Part shown: positions 43,469 to 52,195 of the stretch, in pieces
Layout of the letters: the number at the start of each line of letters is the position of its first letter
Numbering within the stretch: the first letter of the stretch is position 1
Source: Perkinsela sp. CCAP 1560/9
Taxonomy: Eukaryota > Protista > Euglenozoa: Kinetoplastea
NCBI GenBank assembly: GCA_965644495.1
Contig: CBFFSA010000001.1
Location: forward strand, 2,976,001-3,040,000
Length of the DNA stretch: 64,000 nucleotides
Direction of reading: 5' to 3'
Made by a program: the position numbers and the translations under genes
The notes under the pieces: generated by a model
Seen by the model: only the letters and a program-made list of their open reading frames with translations
The model's database searches: none
What the model was told of the DNA's origin: nothing

Positions 43469-44218
43469 TCACGGGCACGTACCTCTCCAATCACTGTGGT
43501 TTTCCGGCAACATCATTTGCCGACGAGTCCATTGAAATTCGCTCTCTGAACTCTCGGGTGGGAGACAAGGACAAAACAGCGGTGCGGAGATCCGAATCTC
43601 GCGCGCGTTTTTATCCTCGTCGCCCTTCTGAGCATTCCGGTGAAACACCTGTCGAATGCGCAGTTCTATTTCGGGTGCAGTGCGCAGCCAACGGGGAAGA
43701 TAGCCCCACCCACTCGTATCGGAGTCCTCCTCTTCGCTCTCGTCCTCTCTCCACTGTACCATACAGTGGCCGTCACGTGCGTTGGGGTCGGAGCCATATT
43801 GTATCGCAACGTCATCTAATTTTTCTAAGATGGGGTCGGGGGGACAAATACCGCCTGCTTCGAAGGCCTCATCTTTATCGTTGTGTTGACACCAAACATT
43901 AGACTCCCGCAAGTGGGAGTACGATACCACTTTGCCCCGTTTTAAAATCTCCATTTCGTATGGTGAGGAGGGAAGACGAAACACTTTCTTCCGTTTCGCA
44001 ATGCGATGGGCGAAGGGAAAAATTCGAATCGGGTATTCGACTCGTTGTATGGAGAAGCCAAGAAAGGAAAGTACTTCCTCGTCGAGTTCTAGATAACATT
44101 TATGGTTGATCGTGGTTGGAGCAGTGACCTCAAAAGCCGGGGATGTGTTCTGAAGGAAGGTGAAGAAGCATGCTAATAACAGCAGCAAAGAGTAGAAAAT
44201 GCAACCGTTTGATTGCAT
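43469..44218 (-). CDS. Hypothetical protein with N-terminal signal/TM segment
   Basis: ATG at 44218 (MQSNGCIFYSLLLLLACFF); cluster strand. Confidence 0.55.
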   Translation of the reverse strand: MQSNGCIFYSLLLLLACFFTFLQNTSPAFEVTAPTTINHKCYLELDEEVLSFLGFSIQRVEYPIRIFPFAHRIAKRKKVFRLPSSPYEMEILKRGKVVSYSHLRESNVWCQHNDKDEAFEAGGICPPDPILEKLDDVAIQYGSDPNARDGHCMVQWREDESEEEDSDTSGWGYLPRWLRTAPEIELRIRQVFHRNAQKGDEDKNAREIRISAPLFCPCLPPESSESEFQWTRRQMMLPENHSDWRGTCP

Positions 44219-44516
44219 TACATAAAAGACAGCAACGTAGACTTCAAATAGCAACAAAATCGTTTTTATTTTTAATTTTTAGGGGGCGGGGGTGCCACTA
44301 TATTTCGTATGAGAGGGGATGCACTGACGCGCCTGTAAGACTAGCTCTTCTTCCTTCTTCCTTCCCATGTCCCATCAAAAATTGAAACTATTTCATAATT
44401 AGTCCTGGATATAAACGTTGTAGCTTTTAAATTCGCACATTTATTACGATGACCTTTTCATGAAATGTATCTAAAAAGGAAGAAAAATTATATATATTCT
44501 ATCGGTAATTTCATCG

Positions 44517-44601
44517 GTATCTCGTCGCAGACAGGTACAGATGAATTGTCACAGGATTGAAGTTTAAAACTTCAAGTCAAAGTCTGCGTTTTAAGCGACT
44601 C
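44517..44601 (-). ncRNA. Single-hairpin H/ACA-like (AGA box) snoRNA; further copies start at 44842, 45167, 45493, 46492, 49126 and 49594
   Basis: Minus-strand hairpin CGCAGAC...TTGTC-TTGAAGT/ACTTCAA-GACAA...GTCTGCG followed by AGA plus 3 nt. It is conserved in 7 copies while the flanks diverge. Confidence 0.65.
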
Positions 44602-44654
44602 AGAACAATGTAATTGTTTAAATATGGAATTCTAACCCCTGATTCTAACCAACA

Positions 44655-44732
44655 TGTTCAGGTCAAAGCGCATTAGTAGAAAAGTATTCATGCAAATCAT
44701 ACAAGGCTGAAACAAAGGTATCATCACGTTAG
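44655..44732 (-). ncRNA. C/D box snoRNA; further copies at 44980-45057, 45305-45382, 46200-46277 (D box TTGA) and 48853-48930
   Basis: Box C GTGATGA, D' ATGA, box D CTGA. The D' guide GTTTCAGCCTTG is complementary to conserved SSU CAAGGCUGAAAC, and the +5 rule selects the first G of AAGG (yeast Gm1126 equivalent). Confidence 0.85.
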
Positions 44733-45608
44733 AAAAATACTCCCCTTGGCACGAACCAAACTGAAATTCGCGAGTAAACAGTGCTGGATAAAAACAATGT
44801 AACCTTAAATTGGAACATTCATTACGATGACCTTTTCATCCGTATCTCGTCGCAGACAGGTACAGATGAATTGTCACAGGATTGAAGTTTAAAACTTCAA
44901 GACAAAGTCTGCGTTTTAAGCGACTCAGAACAATGTAATTGTTTAAATATGGAATTCTAACCCCTGATTCTAACCAACATGTTCAGGTCAAAGCGCATTA
45001 GTAGAAAAGTATTCATGCAAATCATACAAGGCTGAAACAAAGGTATCATCACGTTAGAAAAATACTCCCCTTGGCACGAACCAAACTGAAATTCGCGAGT
45101 AAACAGTGCTGGATAAAAACAATGTAACCTTAAATTGGAACATTCATTACGATGACCTTTTCATCCGTATCTCGTCGCAGACAGGTACAGATGAATTGTC
45201 ACAGGATTGAAGTTTAAAACTTCAAGACAAAGTCTGCGTTTTAAGCGACTCAGAACAATGTAATTGTTTAAATATGGAATTCTAACCCCTGATTCTAACC
45301 AACATGTTCAGGTCAAAGCGCATTAGTAGAAAAGTATTCATGCAAATCATACAAGGCTGAAACAAAAGTATCATCACGTTAGAAAAATACCCCCCTTGGC
45401 ACGAACCAAACTGAAATTCGCGAATAAACAGTGCTGGATAAAAACAATGTAACCTTTAAATTGGAACATTCATTACGATGACCTTTTCATCCGTATCTCG
45501 TCGCAGACAGGTACAGATGCATTGCCACAGGATTGAAGTTTAAAACTTCAAGACAAAGTCTGCGTTTTAAGCGACTCAGAACAATGCAACTGTGTAAATA
45601 TTGTTTTG

Positions 45609-46168
45609 TCATGCATTCATAGTGCAGAGATAAGCCCCACAGTGTCCTTAGCCGCATACGACAGGTGGATCAAGTGGGGGTTCGTCCTCGCCGGAGGGGT
45701 ACGGGTGCGGAGAGCTGACGTCCCAGGTGCAGAGAGCTCGGTTGTCATGTGCAGGTGCAGAGAGCCGGATGCGCAATACCCATATTACAGTTTCGGGGGC
45801 AATACGGGTACAGAGAGCTGCGACAGAGCCGAGGTGCGGAGAGCTGGGTGACCGCCAGGTGCAGAGAGCCGGGAGGCTCGTGGGCGGAGGACACGTCTAG
45901 TGGTCCTCAAGGGAGGCCACCGTGACGCATTGCCTCCTCGGAAAGGCAGGCACGGGAGAAAGAGAAGCCGAGAGAGGGAAGCACACTCACTCCAGGGGGT
46001 GAGTCGGGAAGGGGTGAAGGGGTGGAAGCGCGTGCCCTGCTTCAACAATATAGAGGGACAGTTTCAGGTTTAGTGCCGGCCGGCAAAGGGCATAGAAATA
46101 CAGTATGCCCGTTGCCGGGGAAAGAAAGGATGAACTAAGGAAAAAGTACCAACAAGGTCCAAAAACTG
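45609..46168. other. GC-rich highly structured non-coding element, copy 1 (unknown family)
   Basis: Six GTRCRGAGAG repeats with mutually complementary spacers, and several further hairpins. Shares three motifs with 58258-58620. Confidence 0.7.
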
Positions 46169-47103
46169 TATTGGAATTCTAATCCTTGTGCAATCAACAT
46201 GTTCAAGTCAAAGCGCATTAGTAGAAAAGTATTCATGCAAATCATACAAGGCTGAAACAAAAGTATCATCACGTTAGACAAATATCCCCCTTAGCAGGAA
46301 CCTACTATGCACTACTACTATACCAATACACTACTGCATGGGGAAAAAGAAATTGCAGAACGATTCAATGAAAACTATTCTACATTTCGCGCTAAATCGT
46401 GAGGAACAAGAAACTCGCGAGTGAAAGTAGTGCTGGATAAAAACAATGTAGCTTTTAAATTCGCACATTCATTACGATGACCTTTTCATCGCTATCTCGT
46501 CGCAGACAGGTACAGATGCATTGTCACAGGATTGAAGTTTAAACTTCAAGACAAAGTCTGTGTTTTAAGCGACTCAGAACAATGCAACTGTGTAAATAAT
46601 TTTTATTGAGGGAGATACCACTCCCTCGCTATCCTCTGGCCCGAAATTTCGCCTCGACAAAAACATTTCCGGAAAAAAAATCGCTAAGAATCAAAGGCAA
46701 CACCACAAATACCAATAATTTGCACCAGTGAGAAACCCCTTCTCCGGATGTTGGCGATACTAGGCTCGGAGGGTAACGTAAAGAAATATGAGTTTCAAAC
46801 CCAGCCCCTTGGAATGAGAATCCCTCGGCAAGGTGTCTCTCGTGTGTTCTCGATCAAAACGAAACTCAGTTATTGTATGTGAAGCCGGGTTTTGCTTATT
46901 ATGATATTTCTTCATGTGTGTTCCGATATCGCTTAGTGATTGTTTTCAATAGCATGTTGGGTTAAGCCTGAAAGCTCCCCTGGTAGAAACTTGAGCTTTA
47001 TGATACGGTCGGCTTTTTTCTATGCTTATCAGGCAGGTTCTCGGGATATGCAACATGTTCGCTCCAAGTGGAGATACCATAAGGAAGATCACGATAATTG
47101 TCA

Positions 47104-47290
47104 TCAATAAGCTTTAAAGGGACTTTCATAAGATCTAGGGGATGGACCGGCCACGTCGCCAGTGCAATTAAATCGTTCCACCCAGAGTTTCACAGTTCCC
47201 TCGTGGACACCAAAATTTTGGGCAGTCCGGGAATAAGACTCTGTTTTCTCAAAGTCCGCCACAAGAAGCATCATGTGACTTTCCATAATC
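47104..47290 (-). pseudogene. Transposase N-terminal HTH remnant (IS630/Tc1/pogo-like)
   Basis: SYSRTAQNFGVHEGTVKLWVERFNCTGDV matches a transposase HTH pattern; no downstream DDE is visible. Confidence 0.4.
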
Positions 47291-48616
47291 TTCCCTGGTG
47301 AGGCATAAAACACCACGGGAAGCCCTTGAACGAACTCGCTTTTGAGGCATGAAACGGGGAAAAAACAAAAAATTGCCATATTTTCACAGGAAAAAAATAC
47401 TCTTTTTGTCATCAGGTTAAATCTTTCAAGTCAAGCGTTCCGAATACGCCAAAGACATACAACCCTGCGAGAGCTCTCCAATGCGCTATTATTTCAAAAA
47501 ATTGAGCAAATTTTACAAATTTTAGACCCCCCTAGATGGAAGTTTTCACCCCTGTATGGAATGTATATGCAACATAAGGCGTTGTTCAGGAAAATAAGAA
47601 TCGAACATCTTCCTTTTATTCAGCACCTACCAGACAATATCTTAACAAAGGGGGTAAATTTGCTTCCTTTATTGCTCCGGAAAAGATTACCTCTCCAATG
47701 CAATAAATAGAACAGATAAAAAATCTTAGGTGATTAGTTAAGCTTAACCCGGGTCCAATGCTTATAACTGAGTTTCATTTTGCTCGAGAACACTTGAAAG
47801 ACACTAGCATCCGAAATTTTCTGATTGGGCACGTAAGGATCCCGCTTTGTAATGTTTTCAAAAATAAAAACATTGAAACATTTTATATGAGTTTACCTGA
47901 TTTTGGTGCAGCCTCTTGCTACAAAAGAACAAGATTACTTTTGACTTATATTATCTTGTTCTTCTATGCCTACACCGAGAGCTTTGAGAAACACTACACC
48001 CGACTCAGTCTAAACCTCAAACGAAGCTCTTTTGTCTAAAACTGGTAACGAGTGCTTCATAAATGAGGGCAACGTCATGAAATGCACCATATGCGATACT
48101 GAAGTTCATTCGAGAAGACTACCAGAACATTTAACTTCAAAAAGGCATGTGAAAAATACTACACCCGACCCTCCTCAAACTTTAAGCGAAACTAAGAGAG
48201 ACATTATGGAAGAAGATGTTTCATGCAACGAAGAACTGGTAGATGAAAAATCAAATTATGAAGTTTCTGACCAATCAGAGAAAGATCCCAGGGAAGTCGT
48301 CAGGATATTTTTAAAAGATTCACCTTTTTTCACTCGCGACTGGAGAAACATTATTCAACTCTGCGCAAGTAAAATAAAATCAGGTTGCATTCGCAAATAT
48401 AAAGAGCGTTACGATAGCCTTGGCAGTTTTGCTTGTGGAGCCTGCGGAATATTACAGGAATCAACTGCTGCACTAAATCGTATTGACTTGTCCGAATGAT
48501 CAGTACTTCAAGAGGAGAAAAATCCTGTAATGAGCCACATCGATATTAGCGTAAGACACATGCCCCTTGTAAATGAATCGTACTATCACGTAAACAATAA
48601 CCTTTTGGAACACCAA

Positions 48617-48787
48617 GGTAATGTGGACGAGGGAGATACCAATAGTGTAGGTGCGGCAGTTTTCCACAGGACAAACGGCATCTCTACCTTTTTAGGCGTC
48701 TGTCTTCAATTCCATAAGGGAAATGCCGTTTTTCCTGCGGGAAACTGCCGCACCTACACTATTGGTATCTCCCTCGTCCACTTTACC
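48617..48787. mobile_element. 171-bp foldback/MITE with ~47-bp TIRs starting GGTAA
   Basis: GGTAATGTGGACGAGGGAGATACCAATAGTGTAGGTGCGGCAGTTTCC ... GGAAACTGCCGCACCTACACTATTGGTATCTCCCTCGTCCACTTTACC. Confidence 0.75.
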
Positions 48788-49756
48788 CAGGGTTGGATAT
48801 TTTTTAGAAATACGGAAGTCTGCACGGAATTCTAATCCTTGTGTAACCAACATGTTCAGGTCAAAGCGCATTAGTAGAAAAGTATTCATGCAAATCATAC
48901 AAGGCTGAAACAAAGGTATCATCACGTTAGAAAAAGAGATTCCTTTAGCACGAACCAATGAACTACTACTGTACTAATACACAAAGAGAGTTTGCAGAAC
49001 GATTCAATGAAAACTATTCTACATTTCGCATTACATAATGAGGAACACGAGACTCGCGAGTGAAAGTAGGATATAAACAATGTAGCTTTTAAATTCGCAC
49101 ATTCATTACGATGATTTTTTCATCAGTATCTCGTCGCAGACAGGTACAGATGCATTGTCACAGGATTGAATTTTAAACTTCAAGACAAAGTCTGCGTTTT
49201 AAGCGACTCGCAACAGTATAAAGATTGAATAACCATCACTTTCATTGATTATTTATTCGAGCTAATAGTTCTATCCGATTATTTCAAGATCGTGGGAATT
49301 CGACTAAGAATGGACCCTCCTCAGTCGGGTGGTAACGATCCTGCTTGAGCACCAAATATGTTCAGCACCAACTAAGTATGTTATGAAAGCTCTTGAAGAG
49401 CAAAAAACAAAGTCATAAATATATGATATTTTATAATTTTCATAATCTCTCTTCAGAACCTTTGACTTGCCATTTAAAGAACCCAAGAAGAGATAGAGTA
49501 GACAATGAGGAAGACGAAACATGTGAGAGAAAAATACGCAGAATAAAAACGAAGCTACTCATACATTTTCACATTTCGATTACCTTTTCATCGGTATCTC
49601 GTCGCAGACAGGTACAGATACATTGTCACAGGATTGAAGTTTAAAACTTCAAGACAAAGTCTGCGTTTTAAGCGACTCGCAACCGTGCAAAGATGGAATT
49701 CTACCCCTCGAATAACCATCACTTCTATTGATTACCTGTACACCGAACACACCCTC

Positions 49757-51625
49757 CTAGCCTCCTCCCAGCATCCTCGTCGCCTCCCCATACACCCTTT
49801 CATACCTCTCTGGACGTTGTGCGAGATGGAATGCGTAGCTCACCGCACCTGCGGCATGCATGGAGAAACTAAACTGTTTTCGTCTCATGTGCAGCGCGAG
49901 GCGAAGGGCGAGGCCCCACTGCGCGCCCTGGGCTGCGCCCCCGATGACGAGATTCCCCGCGAGGTTACTGGAAAGTCCCCTCCAGTGGGTGTAGACCCAG
50001 AGGTGGTGCCTCCACTGTTGTTCCCTTAGCAATAAATACTGTATCTCGAGCTGTTGTTTAAGGGAGAGAAGTACATGTGGGTGTTGTTGTTGTTGTTTTA
50101 ACTTATTATTATTATGATTATGAAAACAATCGTTTAAAAGGTTAGAATACAAAGCAAAAGCGGGCTGCCAGCGTTGGCCCGCGAGACACTGCTGGACGAG
50201 GGTTTGGAGGGTTCTGTGGTGGGGGGTTACGTTCCGGTGGGTCATGAGGGTGTAGGTCGCGAGGGCTTGTCGCCATTGGGTGGGGGTACAGCTGGAGATG
50301 AGGAGGTCATAGCCCAGGCCGTGAGCGGTGTGGCTGGCGTCGTCCATCCAGGATTGAGAGGAGATGCGTGAGGTGTTGTCAAGAGCGCAGAGGGCAAGGA
50401 TTTGGGATGGGGAAGAGGAGGAGGAGGAGGAGGAGGAGGCAGAGACCAGTCGAAACGCGGCTAATGTCACGACCCAGTCCTGTTGGGAGGTAGCGGAGTG
50501 TAGAATATCCCAGAAGGTAGTACTGGCGTGAAATGGGGCGTATTTAGCAAGGAAACGAAACCCTTTGCGCCAGTGGGTCCCGGAGAAAAGCAGTGCGGCG
50601 ATACGACTCAACCAGTTGGAGGGGATCCCGGACGCGACGTCGGAGAAACTTTTGAGCACACGCAACGCGGCGTCCCAATGACCGGTCTTAATTCCGAGGC
50701 ATACCATCATCGCAAGTGTCTCGGAGTCCAGCGCAATGCCTTGACAGACCACCTGATGAAGGGATTGAAACGCAGCCGCCCATGACCCCCGAGATAAGTA
50801 CTCGGGAAGGGACACAGGAAGCGAGATGGATTGCCCCTCAGAGAGGTGGAGCATGTCGCTTTTTCGCAGAATCGCCGACAGAATAGCAGGGGAAATGCGT
50901 TGTTGAAAGGAGGCCTCACGGAGACACTCAATGAGTTGTTTGGGAGGAAGAGGAATTCGTCGCTTGATGGCCCATTGTACCACAGCGGTTGTATTGTGTG
51001 GGGATAATACACCAAGGAGTGGAGGCCGGGGTGGTCGTATTTGTGTGTAATATTTCAACGCCTCCGTCCACAGACCGGTGCATGTACAGCTATGATAGAG
51101 CAGCTCGCTATCTTGCGAGTTGATTTGTTTAGGAGGGTGAGTACGAAGTAACTTCAGGAGAATCATGAGTAGCGGTGCGATTTGTTTAAGTGTGCCCTCA
51201 TATAGTCGATGTCGCAGCAAGGCCAATAAACTAACACAAGCGTATTTTGAAAATGCTGCAGCATGCCCTAAGAAAAGCACGTACGACAATGCGCTTTCCC
51301 CATGTATCATAGCTAACGCCCGGGACCATATGGAGTCCATCGATTCTCTTTTCAACTCGGTTTCAATAAATCGGATACATGAGAGTGCTGAAATCCAGCA
51401 TTCATCTTGTAGAAGAGGTAGGCAGAGGTAGCGTTGCAAAATGTGGGCGAATTTATCGTCCTCCTTGTCCGTCTCCGCGCAAGCCCGGTGCAGCGACGTG
51501 GCACACAAGGCAACATCCTCCACGCTTGTGGGAGGAACAATACGGCAGACAGTAGCAAGGGCGTAAAGGTGCTCTTTGGTCTCCTCGAGCTCTTCTGATG
51601 GGTCAACCACGGGCTTATTGCACAT
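49757..51625 (-). CDS. Pentatricopeptide-repeat-like protein
   Basis: Repeated ~35-aa units with G.W..AL..., e.g. WRQALATYTLMTHRNVTPHHRTLQTLVQQCLAGQRWQPAFALY. Confidence 0.7.
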   Translation of the reverse strand: MCNKPVVDPSEELEETKEHLYALATVCRIVPPTSVEDVALCATSLHRACAETDKEDDKFAHILQRYLCLPLLQDECWISALSCIRFIETELKRESMDSIWSRALAMIHGESALSYVLFLGHAAAFSKYACVSLLALLRHRLYEGTLKQIAPLLMILLKLLRTHPPKQINSQDSELLYHSCTCTGLWTEALKYYTQIRPPRPPLLGVLSPHNTTAVVQWAIKRRIPLPPKQLIECLREASFQQRISPAILSAILRKSDMLHLSEGQSISLPVSLPEYLSRGSWAAAFQSLHQVVCQGIALDSETLAMMVCLGIKTGHWDAALRVLKSFSDVASGIPSNWLSRIAALLFSGTHWRKGFRFLAKYAPFHASTTFWDILHSATSQQDWVVTLAAFRLVSASSSSSSSSSPSQILALCALDNTSRISSQSWMDDASHTAHGLGYDLLISSCTPTQWRQALATYTLMTHRNVTPHHRTLQTLVQQCLAGQRWQPAFALYSNLLNDCFHNHNNNKLKQQQQHPHVLLSLKQQLEIQYLLLREQQWRHHLWVYTHWRGLSSNLAGNLVIGGAAQGAQWGLALRLALHMRRKQFSFSMHAAGAVSYAFHLAQRPERYERVYGEATRMLGGG

Positions 51626-52195
51626 AAGACAAAAATTGGTCGTATGGTGTAACGCCCGCGGCGTTGACCGCCATTTCAGAAAACTCTTTTTGGTAACGGC
51701 AAACGTTTCCGTCCCTTGATTGCCTCCTCTCTTCTTCGGTTAGTGTTCCGGATAGCATGAATCATGGTGAAGCGGCAAAAAAAATTGTACAACTTACATG
51801 TATATTGAGTTCAGCCGCGTTAAAAAGTTCTTGAGCAAGAACGAAAATGAGAGTGCAATATAAATAATATCTCGTTGTATCCAAATAAAGAATCAAAGAA
51901 AAAATAATACTGTCGTGATAAATGCGCACCACAACTACGAGAGTTATTGACTGTCCTGAATAGAATACCGAACTATTCGTATATTCTATTAGAGACTTCT
52001 TGCAGAAATATTATCTACCCGCTACGTGGAATGCCGTCATATGGGGTACAATACAACGGCCTTTACTCAACGTTATCCCATTCACACCCCATTGATCTAC
52101 TCTATCTAAATGAGCGGGATGCACTAAAAGCCACAAGAGCCGTAATCAGGATCACAACCTTGTTCCACGAAACCTCACACCCCAACCCCTTGTTT

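Larger units (their letters stand above)
44511..45600 (-). repeat. Tandem snoRNA gene array, 325-bp unit x ~3.3, with dispersed diverged units at ~46170-46600, 48826-49215 and 49580-49700
   Basis: Period is 325-326 bp (ATTACGATGA at 44821, 45146, 45472). Each full unit holds one C/D and one H/ACA-like RNA. Confidence 0.9.

Noticed and set aside
44511-45600. Spliced-leader RNA or 5S rRNA tandem array
   Set aside because: Only TCTGTAC resembles the SL exon; there is no SL donor site or 5S sequence. The C/D boxes and rRNA-complementary guide explain the unit better.
45650-45700. Group II intron domain V or small-ribozyme cores (AGCCGCATACG; GGTCCTCAAG; CCTCCTCG)
   Set aside because: The partner strands and pseudoknots needed for DV, twister, HDV or hammerhead folds are not present.
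45705-45868. CRISPR-like array
   Set aside because: The repeats are only 10 bp, the spacers are irregular and complementary to each other, and there are no cas genes in this eukaryotic context.
45620-46141. RNase MRP RNA on the minus strand (ACACTGTGGGGCTTA resembles CR-V, GAAACTGTCCC resembles CR-I, and it lies in a snoRNA cluster)
   Set aside because: P4 pairing is poor, there is no P1 or GARAR loop, and the paralog at 58.3 kb lacks these motifs while conserving different ones. An Infernal scan would settle it.
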